Assembly (NCBI GenBank): GCA_030167865.1
Contig: JALAGF010005392.1
Span: forward strand, 1-64,000
Direction: 5' to 3'
Origin: Craspedostauros australis
Taxonomy: Eukaryota
Length of the DNA stretch: 64,000 nt
Shown piece by piece: positions 1-13,138 of this stretch (position 1 is the first letter of the stretch; each line of letters starts with the position of its first letter). Under the pieces are notes generated by a model, which worked only from the letters and a program-made list of their open reading frames with translations, had not been told where the DNA came from and did no database searches. Position numbers and translations under genes: made by a program.

Positions 1-760
1 ACCAGTTAGTATTCCGTGTCTTTTGCACGTTGTCAGGAGGATGATCTGCCCTTCAACCGGCTTTGACGCCGTTTGATGCTGAGAGCAAAGCTGTATCAGA
101 CGATGGTGTAACTATAGTAAACTTGGGAGTAAGCTGTAAAGATTGTTTCTGATTGCTTGTTTTATGTGTTAAGCTTACTGTTGACAGGACGATCGAGTAA
201 AAGGGCAGGATTCATGCCATCGTGCTTGAGCCGTTTGTGTTGTACAGCAACATGTCGTGGTGGTTCTGCACATGCCCAGCTGTTCAGTAGTCCCATCCGT
301 AGAGCAGTACTTGATCCACGGGTGTGGATACTCTTCAAGATGCTTGTTGGATTTGCAAGATGGTTAGCTGAACAGGTGGCGCGGTTGCATGAGCTGGAGG
401 ACGAGTAGAGCATGGATTGTGGTTCAACTATACAACATGCGCGCGGTAGCCTTTCATGGCAGTATCGGGTTCGGATACCGGGTACCGTGTACGCAATGCG
501 GATGATTGGGTCCCGAGTGGATCCCGGACCAAGTCTGTCCCAACTACACCCATCAATCAAGCAATGAGACGAATCTTTGGTGGGTGTCGACAACCTGTCA
601 CGCAGCCTGTGGAGAATTCGCATGTTCTGTGCAACAAGCACCACAAGACCACCACAACCCACGGTTGTGCTTGCCTGAGCAGCCGTATTCAGGATACCAT
701 TCGTGCCGCACACACTCCAACCTCATTCTTGCCGACTCGCAGCAACACGAATAGCCAACG

Positions 761-2053
761 ATGCCCAAACGCGATAGATGGGACTCCAGCTCCGACGAAG
801 AGAAAGAATCGGGGCGAGACAAGAGAGCGGGCAGCAAAAGGGACGCGCGACAAACTACAGCAGCGTCAGCGTCGAATGCAGGCGCAGAGCATGCAAGCAG
901 CCCGAAAGGCACCTCGCCATCGGCGGCGGCTCCACCGAACTCCGAATCCGCACGACGACCTCTGCATGCCACATTGCGACGACACAATCCTCTGTTGGAA
1001 GGATGCCGCAGCGTGTACGACACGTACGAGAGAATCCAGCACATCAGCGAGGGCACGTACGGCATCGTTTGGAAGGCCAAGGATCTGGCCACGCAAGAGA
1101 TCGTCGCGCTGAAGCAGATCAAGTTCGACTTCGATCATCAGTCCAAGCAGGGGTTCCCGCTGTCGGCGCTGCGTGAAATCTCCGTGCTGCTGGCGTTGGA
1201 TCACGAATGCATCGTGACGGTCAAGGAGATGGTGGTGGGCAGCAGCAACGACAAGGTGTTCATGGTGATGGAGTACATGGAGATGGACCTCAAGGACGCC
1301 ATGGAGAAGAAGCGCGGGTATCCCGACATCCTGCGCCAATCCGAATTGAAGGGCATCGTGAAGCAGATCCTGCGGGGCATCGAACACATGCACTCGAGAT
1401 GGTTCTTGCACCGCGATGTGAAGCCATCGAACATGCTGGTGCACAGAAGTGGGCGCGTGGCGCTGTGCGATCTGGGACTTGCGCGTCGGTACCGCGATCC
1501 GTTGCGCGCCATGACGCAGACGGTGGCGACGCTGTGGTACAGAGCGCCGGAGCTGCTGTTCGGGCAGAACGTGTACGGACCCGCCATCGACATGTGGAGC
1601 ATCGGGTGCGTGTTCGGGGAGCTGATCTGTCAGGAGACCATGATGCGCGGGGAAGGGGAGCTGGATCAGATCAATCAGATCTTCAGCATGGTGGGCACGC
1701 CGAACGAAGCATCGTGGCCGGGCTTCTCGAAGCTGCCTGGGGCCAGGATGTTCCGATGGAAGGAAAATAAGGACGTCAAACTGAGATCCAAGTTCCCTTC
1801 CAATGCCCCGCCACACTCCCACCAGACATTCCTGGATGGCCATGGCTACGACCTCCTCTCTCGCATGCTTGCCCTGGACCCAGCGCAAAGGATATCAGCG
1901 AAGGAGGCGCTGGGGCACCCATACTTCAGCGAGGGCGTGACTTCCGAGCTGCCCAACTTCTTTCACGATGACGGAGCCGACTTGGATGCGAGCGACGTGG
2001 ACGACTCCACTTCTGACAGCAACACGGGCGTGGACACGGACAACTCATTGTAA
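761..2053 (+). CDS. CDK11: Cyclin-dependent kinase, CDK11/CDKG (PITSLRE-like) subfamily
   Basis: Single 430-aa ORF with ISEGTYGIVWKAKD Gly loop, VALKQIK, GFPLSALREI cyclin-binding helix, HRDVKPSN, DLG, TLWYRAPELL and DMWSIGC. The pre-kinase LEGCRSV...YE segment is typical of CDK11/CDKG. Confidence 0.88.
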   Translation: MPKRDRWDSSSDEEKESGRDKRAGSKRDARQTTAASASNAGAEHASSPKGTSPSAAAPPNSESARRPLHATLRRHNPLLEGCRSVYDTYERIQHISEGTYGIVWKAKDLATQEIVALKQIKFDFDHQSKQGFPLSALREISVLLALDHECIVTVKEMVVGSSNDKVFMVMEYMEMDLKDAMEKKRGYPDILRQSELKGIVKQILRGIEHMHSRWFLHRDVKPSNMLVHRSGRVALCDLGLARRYRDPLRAMTQTVATLWYRAPELLFGQNVYGPAIDMWSIGCVFGELICQETMMRGEGELDQINQIFSMVGTPNEASWPGFSKLPGARMFRWKENKDVKLRSKFPSNAPPHSHQTFLDGHGYDLLSRMLALDPAQRISAKEALGHPYFSEGVTSELPNFFHDDGADLDASDVDDSTSDSNTGVDTDNSL

Positions 2054-2908
2054 CGGAGAACAGTATTCTATGATACATGTACAATACGAATCATACAGTG
2101 GAGTATTTAGCATTAATGCAGCAGATCGTGAAGTGCAGTTGGCGTATGTATTCTATTACCATACCATAAAGCAAGAATCAGCCAGTATGGCACATTCACG
2201 CAGAGAGGAGTTGCTTCGTCGGAGAGGGAGATCTCAAATGATGAACGTCGGCGATCTATTGCCAAAAAAGTGCCGAAACTTTGTGGGGCAATGCCATGAC
2301 AAATGCGGACTGAGCAACAAGGGAGAAAAATCAGGCGAAGCCAATGGGGCAGAATGTCGTCATTATGACCTTCTGCGTAGTGTTGCAGTAGGCTTGTACC
2401 GAGTCAAACGAGTCATCGGAATGATACGAAGCTGCCAACACACAACAACATGTCCCGTGATGCCCAACAAACCAACCACGAAACAACGCGAAACAAAGTG
2501 AAACAACACGACGCGGAACAAGAAAGGCGCCACAACCACATTCCCACCAACGATGGAACCAGCACACAAAAGATCAAAATAACAATCAGAAGCATAATCA
2601 CAATAACAATCACAATTGCAGCCGCAGTCGCAGGCACAGTCTCATTCAAGTGCACAAACAACAGCACCGACACCCATCGTCGCCGTTGTCGCCGTTGTTG
2701 ACGTTGTTGACATCGCTTCTGCGTTGGCACAAAGCGACAAGAGCTTGCAGTCGCTGCAGTTGCCTCTGTCTCTCTCTGTCTGTGTTGGCGCCAAGAAGAG
2801 CGAAGATATCACTGGAGCAATTGCGTCTGGAGCCATTCTCACGCACGAATCAGCCACATCCTCTCGCAAGCACACCAGCAAGCGCACGCGCAATCGCAGA
2901 TAGAGGAC

Positions 2909-5900
2909 ATGGGATTCTTCGGCAAGAAGGATGGCGGCAGCCGCCACAGCCGCAACAATGACTTGGACACCCAGAGATCATCCTCGCGCAAGGGCAAGAA
3001 GAGCAAGTCCTCGCGGGGCCTCCGCCGCGCAGACTCCGACGACGACGGCTACAGCTACGGCGAGCGCTCCTCCAACAGCCGGTCGCCGCGCAGGAAGGCC
3101 GCCCGCGTCAAGAAGATGCGCATGAGGATGCTGCGCGGCAAGAAGGGCAAGAACGGCTCCAACCTCTCCGACGACGCCTCCATCAACTCCAATCGCAGGC
3201 ACCCCAACGATGGAGGCGACGGCAGGGGCGGCCAGGGCGGATACGACGACAGGGACAGCGACCCCTACCACAACGACGACGGCGGCTTCCAGCTCGACAA
3301 CGTGGCGCCAAGGGGCGGCGGCGGAGGCAGCAGCGTCACCACCAGCGCCACGTCCTCCTACAACCCCATGGCCAACATCCAGGAGTCCCTGCGCGCCGAC
3401 AAGGCTGACTCCAACAAAAAGTTCCGCGTCAAGCCCCACCACGTCTTCCCCAGCCCCTGCTACCTCAACGAGGAAGGCCTCTACCAAAACATGATGGCGC
3501 CGACCGAAGAGGTAGAGTTCCTCACCTCCTACCTCGAGCCATCGGGGAAGTCCACGCGTCGTGCCAAGGTGCCCGAGGCGGTGCGACGCACCTTCGGAAC
3601 GCCCAAGGACGACGGCCGCATCGGCTCCCTCAAGGTAGAGGTGCTCGGGTGCGTGGGACTGGCGCGGGCCAAGCCAGATGTCATCGTGTACATGGTGGTG
3701 GGCGATTGCGCCTTCTCCACAGACATCATCACCGGCGCCCGCTCCCCGATGTGGCCCGACGTCTCCAAGCGCGCGGCGGTCTTCCCCATCCACCATGCCT
3801 ACGCCCGTCTCTTCGTCGGAGTCTTCGACACGCGCCAGAAGAAGACCAGCGAGGCCGACGCATTCTGCGGTCGCATCGCCATCGACGTGCCACCGCTGCG
3901 CCCGGACACGGAGTACGACATCACCTTCCCGCTGCGCAACTCATCCTTCATCTACGACCGCAGACCACGCGGCGTCATCCGCCTGCGCTTCTCCTTGCAT
4001 TGGTTCGGCGAACGAGCTGTGCTCATGTCCTACCTCAAACGTCCGCGCAACCCTCTGGCATTTTCGCGTCAGGCAAAGAAGCAGCCCACCGTCCCGTGCG
4101 GTGACCCAAAAACATTCCGCAACGTTGCCGTCACGGTGCACGGTGTGGACTTCCCAGGAAAGTACACGCGAGCAGCATTCCGCGCCACGATGCGAGAATT
4201 CAACCTCTACCAGCAGAACTTGCGTTTCCTCTTCAAGGTCACCATCATGGATTGCATCCTCTACGAGAATCCGCTCATGTCGCTCTACCTATTCTCCACC
4301 TCGATGTACTGCGTGTGGCAAAACTCGGTGCGGATGGTGCCACCCATCTTCGTCGGTTGGATCATCTACCTCTTCGTGGAGAACTACCTCATGTACTGCG
4401 CCACCACCGCGGGCCACTTGGGCTACAAACCACTCAGCATTCTTGAGATGTTCCGCGGCGGTCTGCGTGATGGCAGCAACAAAAAGTCAAATTTCAACCC
4501 CATCATGGTCCGCAAGCGTGCCAAGACGCACCGCGAGTCGACCGGTGACAAGACGGAGGGAGGCGACATCGAACTCATCAATCATAGAGAATTCCCATTC
4601 TCCGAACGATTCGAATACCACAAATTCTCCGCGGCAGAAGCGATCGCACCATCCCCCACAGCGAAGAAGAAGAAGGGACAGAAAGGAGGTACGTGATGAA
4701 TGTGAATGTGAATGTGAATGCGAGCAGCAGCATCCATGTGAACATGGACATTAACTTGGGCGTGGCGTACTGGTATGGGTGCCACTGTTGCCTCCTGCAT
4801 TTTCATTCGCTGAGGACGCATTGCTGCTGGCGCTACTCCTACGAGTACACTGTCGTCATTTTGCGCAACTCATCATCTGACCCAATTTGCACAATCCAAA
4901 CTGTTCCTCCCTTTGCTCTTTCTCGTGATTCAAAATTTCTGCGCTTGTCTCCCTCTACATCCGATGTGCTGCGGCATATCTTATCATACCAAACGAAACA
5001 ATCGTGCATGGGCTTGTGTTCTGTTGCGTCGCTTTGAATTGCGTCAACAGGCAACGATTTGCGCACAGCACGGCGTCTGTCCATCTACGTCGCACCGGTT
5101 GACGAGAAGGAGGATGAAGAAAGTGATGAATCTGACGTTTCTGACGATGACAGCGAACTCGGTGACAGAGACGGAGATGATTTGATGGACCAAGGCGACG
5201 ATGGTTACGGCGACTTGGACAGTGACGAAGACGTGGAGGAAGAGGGCATGGACGGCAACAAGGGGCGATTACTGGAATCTGGAAAGGCCAGCACAACACG
5301 CCGTATTCGCGTCGGCCCGCCGCAGAACAGTGACACATCCGGAAAGAAGCAGCCACCCCAGGTGCATCTCGCAAGGGTCGAGCATCTCATGCACCGCGCC
5401 TCGAAGAACATCTCCGTCGAGATGGTCTTCTTCCCACCGCCTCACATCCAAAAGGAGCTTGGAGCGGCCGGTGGCAACTCGAAGGTGCCCCTCTCCGATG
5501 TCATCTCCGCCAAGGAAAAGCAAAACTACGACGAGTTCGATCGTCTGCTGGGATTCCGCCAAAGAAATCCAAATCCCATCATTCGAATCACCTCCTCGTT
5601 TTTGGGACCGTTGATGCGCATCATCCGAATCTTCATCTACGCCACCAGAATTTCGTTCAACCTTTCCATGTGGACAGACCCGTTCCTGTCGTTCTGGGTG
5701 CTGACGTTCCTGTCGGTGCTCTGCTTCGTCCTGCTGATCTTCCCATGGAGAGCATTCTTCTTCGTCGCCACCATTCTCCTGCTGGGGCCACAAAACATCT
5801 TCGTCCGCAAGTTCTTGGAGCGTCGGTCTCACGAAAAGGAGATCGAGGAGAGGGAGAAGAAGGAGAAGGAGAAGGCCATGGCCGCGATGCAAGGGCATCC

Positions 5901-6342
5901 CGCATACGGCGGCAACCCGCAGACGTCCACCATGAGCCTCTCCAGCGCCAGAGACGACCCGAGCGCCAAGGACAAGAAGAAGAAAAAAAGAGGCTTCTTC
6001 AACCGCAAATCGAAGGACGACCCCGAGGAGGATGAAAACATCAACGAGGCGAACTTGTACCATTCGCCGCGAATATCGTTCTTCGGTAGCGGCCGTCCTC
6101 CGTCACGCAGGACGACCATCCCACGCGATGTGGCTGTCCCGTACTTCCGTTTCCGCAAGGACCGCTTCTTTGACTGGCCACCGGACCCAACCGTCTCCCG
6201 TGCTACGCCCATGTTCGAAATCACCGGCGGTATGGTCACGGAAGAAGGCGATACCGATTCCCTCATCTACGACCGATCCACGCAGCGGGGGAACCGACGA
6301 CAACGCAAACAGCAGCGTGAGGATGATTTCTACTACGAGTAG
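2909..6342 (+). CDS. C2-domain membrane protein (MCTP-like architecture), 2 exons, ~1023 aa
   Basis: Exons 2909-4688 and 5051-6342. Intron 4689-5050 (GTACGT...CAACAG, phase 1) keeps the frame. C2-like segment GSLKVEVLGCVGL...SPMWP...LFVGVFD...GRIAID...YDITFPL at ~3620-4005, followed by hydrophobic segments, including WTDPFLSFW...LLIFPW. Confidence 0.8.
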
Positions 6343-6801
6343 GCACGCATGCATTCTGTCTCACACCCGTGGCGCGTCGCAGTGATGAGATTCACTCAGC
6401 GCTCGTGCACGTTCATTCGCACAATCATAGATCGTATTCAATCAATTATCCATCATATCGTTCGGAGTGGAATGACCCAACGGGAGGCAAGGCGGAGGTA
6501 GCAGGAGTAAAAGCAACAGCAAGAGGGCTTGTAGGAATAGAATTTACTTAACTACATTAGGTAGCGATGCACTCTTGGATACGCAGATCGTGTGTCAACA
6601 ATCATTGCTCAGAGAAGCACGAACAGTGGGAGAGGAGTGCAGCATGTGCTGGAGCCCTTGCATGTTTCTTTTCGAATGCTGTTTTGCTACCATACTACGG
6701 ATACCCGCGACGCTAACATGATACAAGAGTAGAATAGTAGATGAGTTGCGGGTAACTGTGACCATCACCATACGTATCATATCATCACCATACCATTGGT
6801 T

Positions 6802-9747
6802 TTAGCAGACGGGTCGCAGATGCACCATTTGATGCTCCACATGAATGTTGCCATCGAAGAAGTTGTTGCTGGGGACGCATTCAACGAGCTCACCCTGCTC
6901 CGTCTCCTGCTCCTGCCCCACATCCGTGTGGTAGATGACGATCATGACGCTGCCATGGCAAAAGTTCTTGAGTCTGGACATGACCTGTACCTTGGAGCTG
7001 GGATCGAGCGGCGCCATGGTCTCGTCGATGAGAAGTACGTGGGGACATTCATCGTGTAGGAAGACCTTGCGGACGAGCTCGACCTTGCTCTTTTGTCCTC
7101 CCGACAGGTCTGAGAACCAATCCTCCTTCTCTTCCAGCAGGTCCGCGATGATGCCCTCGATGACCTTGTCCTTTGGCAAGTGCCCGTCGTCCGACGATTC
7201 ATCGTCTGATGTGGTCTGCGCTTCGGCTAGCGTTTGCGTGAACTCGAGGAGGTACAGTTCCTCGGCCACCTTGGATGCCATCGCCGTGATCTCCTTCGTG
7301 GTGAGGGAATCCGCGATGTGCCTCTGGTAGATCCAATCGATCGGTTTGGTGTAGAGCGGCCAGTAGAATGTCTGGCTGATCTCCACCACGCGCGACGACG
7401 GCATTGTGATGGAGAGTCGTGGATGCAGTTCGCCCTGATCCACGCTGACGACCGGCTTGACAACGGCCACCTTCTCGTCCATCATATCCGTCGCATTCTC
7501 TTCCGCAGCTTCGCATGCAGCCTCTCGTTCCAGGTCATCGATCTCCACAAGAGTCCTGGCAGGCGTATGCAGCGTGATGCTGGGCGACAGATCGATGCTT
7601 CGCTCGTTCGTGCTGCAGCTCATGAGGACGCGGAACAGCGTCGACTTACCGGATCCGTTGGCACCCGTCAACGCGTAGACTCCCGCCTTGAGTTCCAAGT
7701 GGTCCACGCGCACGTTGGCTGTGCCTCTGGAGTACTGCAGATTCCGCAGCACGACCATCGAGGTCGATTCCGGTGTTTCAGCGGCGTGCCCCAACGTGCT
7801 GGGCGATGCGAGGTTGCAGGGGATGGTGTTGCTCGTCTTGGCGTTCTCCCAGACGGTCGAGAGCTCCTTGAGGTTGTCGATCTGGGTGATCATCCTGGCC
7901 AGCTCGGCTTCGGACCTGGAGCGCATGAGGGCCATGTCAACTGCATCCTCGATGGCACGGCTGAAGACGAAGATCTCCGCCGCCATGATCTTTCCGACCG
8001 AGATAAGATGCGCGAGAGCGCAATCCACGAGAACCCCGAAGACGAAGTTGCGATGGATGAAGCGGAAGAAGTTCTTGGTGCGCGACACGAGATCCGTGAC
8101 GACTGCCTTGGTCTGGATGGCGACGGTGAGATCCTCCCACCTCTTTCCGGTGAAGGAGGTTGCATCTGGACCGGCCCGTTGCAGGAGCTCCGCGTTCTTC
8201 ATGTCGAATGCTTCCACCTTTGAGCGGACGGCGTTGAGCTGCTGAGTCTCCTTCTCCAGGGTTTCGATTCTGTTGGTCATGTAGGCGATGGCCTTCCCCT
8301 TGACCCAGTCCGTTGCGAAGATGATTGGAAAGATCTGCGCCACCATCTGCGGCTGCTTGGCCATCATGGTTGGGAGCAGCAGGACCTTTGGGAGGCTGAA
8401 CATCTTGCGATTGAAGATGTCGTACGCTGTGGTAACGACCGTTGACATGTAATCTCCATAGGCTGCGAATGTGTATGTGAGTGTGCATGCAATTGCGCAT
8501 GAATGAAGAAAAGCAGGCGGTTGGGAGAATGCACAGAAATGGAAAGAAAGGGACCGAGTGCATAGAGTAGAGTAGAGTGCAGCAGTGTCAGTTTGTGTAC
8601 GCGCGCACAAGAACCGTGTGCCTGCCTCGCAAATGCGGAGTGGCGCATGTCTGCCTTGCTTTGACTAACCTTGTGGCGCCTTCGGAGAATGGGTGGCCAT
8701 GGCAACGAGATGGTTGTCATGTTCGAAGAGTTCATGAAGTCGGACGGCCCTGTGCATCTCGTCCTTGAAGCAGGTGAACGCGAAGGAATTGATGTTACCG
8801 TAGGCAATGATCTGCACCATGTAAGGCACGGCCGTGAAGAGGATGAAGGGCAACGCGCTGCGCTGAAATCTCTGCGATCGTTTGGTTTTGATCGCGGCAG
8901 TGAGCTGCTCCTTGTCGGCGGGCGCGTCGGATTTGCTGTTGGCCGATGTCTTTTTCGATTTGGCAGCGGATTGATTGACCTTCGAAGTGGTGTCCTTGCC
9001 ATCATCCGCTTCTGTTCCAGCGGCAGCATCGTTGGTGGCATCATCCGTGCCGACCATGTCCATTCGAACGAGGCTGTTGCGACGATGCTGCTCCTCGTTG
9101 AGGAAGTTGATTCCCAAGTATCCCATGCCTACCTGAATGTGGAAGGTGATGAAGAATAGCCTCGCGCACTGCGTTCGCAGGACGCCCGGCTCGTTGACGT
9201 AGTGATCCATGATCTGGTACGCCTTGGTGATCTCCTCGATGGGGAACATCCAGGCAAGTCCCTGCTGCAGCGGTTGCGGCGTGATGATTCCCAAGATGCG
9301 TCGCAGGTCCCCAGACGCGCACAGGTGGCAGCCGACGAAGGAGAGGATCGCGCTGACGGCGATGAGGCCAAGTCGCACGGCCAGGACAGTGCCGCCCTGC
9401 CCCTTCGAGGCGTCCGCCGGCTTGGACCCATCCGCGGGCCGTCGCACGAATGGCATGACCCATCCCAGCAGGTGGGTGCCAAAGAAGCACGTGGAGAAGG
9501 CGTAGGAGAAGATCTCCACCGCGCAGATGAGCTCGTACGGCTGGTTGGAGTACGTGAGGAAGGCCAGCACCAGCGTGAAGAAGACCCTGACGAGGAGCGG
9601 CTCATTGCGCTGGTGGATGGTGGTGCGGAAGAAGACGATGGAGATGGCGGAGATGGCCAATTCGTACAGAAACAGCGATGATGGGTCGCGTGCTCTGTGC
9701 GTTGTCAACGGGATGCCGAACATGGAGTCGTACAGATCGATCTTCAT
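6802..9747 (-). CDS. Atypical ABC half-transporter (TM region + C-terminal NBD), 2 exons, ~912 aa
   Basis: Exons 9747-8670 and 8462-6802. The intron (GTTAGT...TTCGCAG, phase 1) joins PKAPQ-A-YGDYM in frame. Walker A GANGSGKST, signature LSGGQ, Walker B LLIDE and H-loop IYH are present, with several N-terminal hydrophobic helices. Confidence 0.82.
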
Positions 9748-11693
9748 GGTGTTAGTTGCTCTTGCTGCGATGCTTGCTGCAGATGATGTTGCTGTTCGTT
9801 GTGGAGAGGTGCTAAATGAATGATTGACTCCTGACTCTTTGTAAAATGGCATCCAATGGCCAACCCCAACACCAACTGAAGGCTGGGGCGTGAGTCGGGT
9901 GTTGGGTGCCGGGGTCACTTTTCTCAGTAGTATCCCTCCGTCATTGCCACGCGACATGCAAAACTACCTTTGTTCGAATGGCTTCTTTCTCGTGACTCGT
10001 TGGTCGTTCCAAACACGCTGCGCCCAAGCGGGAAACATATCGATTCTCGTACGTAGGACAGACGCTGTTGCTGTTGTGTCTGATTTGCAAGCCGTGACGT
10101 CATCTGCGACATGGGAATTGCGAAGAGCGAACCGATCTTTCGCTTTCTGCGTTGATGTGTCTTGCGTCATGTGTGCGTGTGCGTGTGCGTGTGTGCCGCC
10201 AAGAAGAATGAGACCACGAGAGGAGGGAGAAGCCAATGCATGATGCGACTGCTCGACTCTGCCAAGTCGTCCTCCCGGATGGGAAGAACATGGCGACGAC
10301 CACGAGCAAGAGCAGTCGTACGATCTACAAGTACGAACACGGCCACATGAATGCGTGGATTGGTACGATCTATGGTGTTGCCACACACATTCACAACCAC
10401 CACGTATTAGTGCCATGCTCAGTGATCACGTCGGGACGAGCTACTCTCCCACACGAAAGTGGTCTCGAAGCTCGTGCTGTTGGTCATGACACTCCGGTGC
10501 GCATGCAACAAACTGCAGCAGTGAGCGACGCTGCCTCAAGCTTGAAGAAGCTCGGTTGATCGCCACTTGCAACAGCCATATTATATAGTGCGTATCAGTA
10601 CGAGTACACGCTCTGCGTACATTTTCTATTACATGTACTTGCGCTGTTGGAGGAGATACGATACAACCAATGTCAACAAAGCCACCGCCACCGTCGCCAT
10701 CGTATCCCTCGTCCTCTTCAAGGCCGGTGCAGACATTGGCACTCTCTCTCTCTCTCTCTCCATCCGCACGCGAAGTGGAACACCAGGCATTTCAGAGGAA
10801 TGACAACGACAGCTTTTCAACCAACTGATGGTGCCACCGAGTGTTGCGGCGATTCCACAGAGAGTGGCGATCATTCGGCCCATGGAGCTCTCCAGGAATC
10901 GCTGGAGGTCAAGTCGCGACCAACGCTCACGGCCAAACCGAATGCGCCGACGGCATACATAATCATGAATGGGTCGTGGACGAGCGCACGAGCGTCGATC
11001 GACCGCAGTGAGATTGTATGTCGGTTGTACGCTAGAGAGAGTATGGGACGACAATGGCACGGGTACCATACGAGTGCGCCGCAGAGTCGTCAGTCGCAGC
11101 ACACAACTACTTGTACCGGTAGTTGATGGCTCACCTGTGAATGGAGCACTCTGCTAATACTGCGAGAAGTACTTCTACGTACATGCAATCATCTATCCGT
11201 GCGCGTAAGCGGCCCATGAGATGTGCCATCGTTGGTCTCGAGCGGAAGGTGGAAGCGCTGATGCGGTGCTTCTCATGGTCATCATGGCCATGTTCGGAGG
11301 CTACTACGTAAGGTCTATTTCAAGATGTCTACCAATAGGTACAAGCTATGGATACATGCAGGAACACTCGACTCTACTCTACTCCTTTCATGACTTCGAA
11401 TTGATGCATGCGCATGGGAAGCAAAGCCGGCAATACTATTGAGAAATGATGAATAGCCTGTTGCGAATGCACAGCTCGAGAGTGTGAGTGTTCCTTCCTT
11501 CGACGTCCCCCAGGAATTGAATGCAAAGAAAAGTAACACAACGATCAGAAAATGTGATCTATATTGTGGCCAACGGATGCCTTGCTCCGCCGGCTTCGAT
11601 ACTGCAGCGCTGCTCATTCATCTGCGCTTCGGCATATATACAAACACCTTCCAATGATGCTGCACCAATACATCCCACGCAAGGAGGCGCACA

Positions 11694-12680
11694 TCATCCA
11701 TAACAACGAATCTCTTCGGTCGCTCCCTTCGCGGCACTCTGCGGATTGCCGGAACGACCACCGCGTTCCAAGTACTGTTGATGATACACTTCGGCCGGCC
11801 AAAATGGCATGGACTTTCCGAGTTCCGTCGCAATGGGTCGACTCGGAAACTTGTCAGCCTCCTGTGCGAATCGTGCTCGTGCCGACGTCTCCTGCGCAGA
11901 CGTATGATAGTACACGCCGGTGCGATACTGGCGACCGTAGTCTTGGCCTTGTCCATCGACTGTGGTGGGGTCGACGCGATGGAAGAAGATGTCCAGCAGC
12001 TCTTCGTAACTGCACTCGCTGGGATCGTACAGCACCGCAACGGCCTCTGCATGATGCGTGTTGCCGGCGCGGACCTGATCGTATGTTGGGAAGGTCTCTC
12101 GACCTTGTGTGTATCCCACCAACGTCGCCGCGACCCCGGGAACACGCTGGTATGCCAGCTCCATGCCCCAAAAGCACCCACCGGCGAACGTGGCGACGCT
12201 CAGCATCGTCGGCACCTTCGGCTGCGTCGGTGTTTCATCGGACTTGGTTTCGGTTGTTCCCGCTGCCGGAAAGTACTCCAGGGTGCTTGGAACTTCTCCT
12301 CTGCGTGCGAACATGGCGAACTCGGGACCTGGATATCGCAGCGTCGCGTTGTAATCGATCCTCGTCTCGTAGGAGCTCCCACTGAGGAAGAACTTCTGCA
12401 TGCTGTCCAGGAAGCCATACAAGGCGGTGTTGGATGCCTTGTACCTGATGCATGGGCGTTGCCGTCTTGAAGTCTTTGATGCTGTTGCTGGCATCCGGAT
12501 TCCGCGCAATGTGGCGTGCTGACATGGATGAGCTGGGTGGGACAGCCTTGCGCTCGATCTGCACGAGTACGACAGCGCAGTTGGTGGAACAGACTTGACG
12601 ACCGCGAATGATCGAACGCCTGTGGGCAACATGATGCCACCCGCAGCCACGGTTGCGATGAAGCGGGAGCCGAGTCTCAT
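11694..12680 (-). CDS. msrA: Peptide methionine sulfoxide reductase A, probably plastid-targeted
   Basis: Active site FAGGCFWG, plus VGYTQG, HAEAV, DPT, QYRTG, FWPAEVYHQQYL and C-terminal IRCYG. Preferred start MRLGSRF at 12680 gives a signal-like N-terminus ending VRS-F. The ORF extension upstream is a (GA)n microsatellite artefact. Confidence 0.92.
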   Translation of the reverse strand: MRLGSRFIATVAAGGIMLPTGVRSFAVVKSVPPTALSYSCRSSARLSHPAHPCQHATLRGIRMPATASKTSRRQRPCIRYKASNTALYGFLDSMQKFFLSGSSYETRIDYNATLRYPGPEFAMFARRGEVPSTLEYFPAAGTTETKSDETPTQPKVPTMLSVATFAGGCFWGMELAYQRVPGVAATLVGYTQGRETFPTYDQVRAGNTHHAEAVAVLYDPSECSYEELLDIFFHRVDPTTVDGQGQDYGRQYRTGVYYHTSAQETSARARFAQEADKFPSRPIATELGKSMPFWPAEVYHQQYLERGGRSGNPQSAAKGATEEIRCYG

Positions 12681-12741
12681 GATGAGGATAGCAGGAGTGT
12701 TGCACTCCGGCTGCTCAAGTTGGTGCTCGCCTAGTCTTTCT

Positions 12742-12744
<3 letters not shown>

Positions 12745-12780
<36 letters not shown>
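12745..12780. repeat. (TC)n microsatellite in the 5' region of msrA
   Basis: Uninterrupted TC dinucleotide run of about 36 bp. Confidence 0.95.
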
Positions 12781-12782
<2 letters not shown>

Positions 12783-13138
12783 TTGTGTGTGGAAGCCGAA
12801 TGAAACTTTGGGCATGCGAATGAGGTGTTCGTGCTGAAGTCCACGCTCGCGGAACATCTTCGTGTCACGATCTGGGTGATCTTGGTCGAGGGGCCATCAG
12901 CGTCGGTGATCAGTATCCATGACTCAGAAATTGAGTTTGAAGATCGAAATCTGCGTTGTCTGTGTCGCACGCATCACGTCATTGCTGTTGAAACTATCAT
13001 CATTGTTTTGGTCCTTGATTGTGCATGCCGTCCATACGACGCATACTCGTTGGTTGTACTTGCAGCATCCAAGGCGCCGCTGCGTGACATACTAGTGTAC
13101 GCCATTTGTCACAGGCTTCGGCAACGGCCTACACTGCG

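Noticed and set aside
1..760. ORFs 157-408, 162-713 and short palindromes near 470-530
   Set aside because: No protein motifs, and the palindromes are short enough to be chance.
10236..11442. Possible small spliced gene between the ABC gene and msrA
   Set aside because: Candidate splice sites exist, but no convincing joined product or motif was found.
12681..12857. N-terminal ERERER extension of the MsrA ORF
   Set aside because: Translation of a (GA)n microsatellite upstream of the likely start codon.
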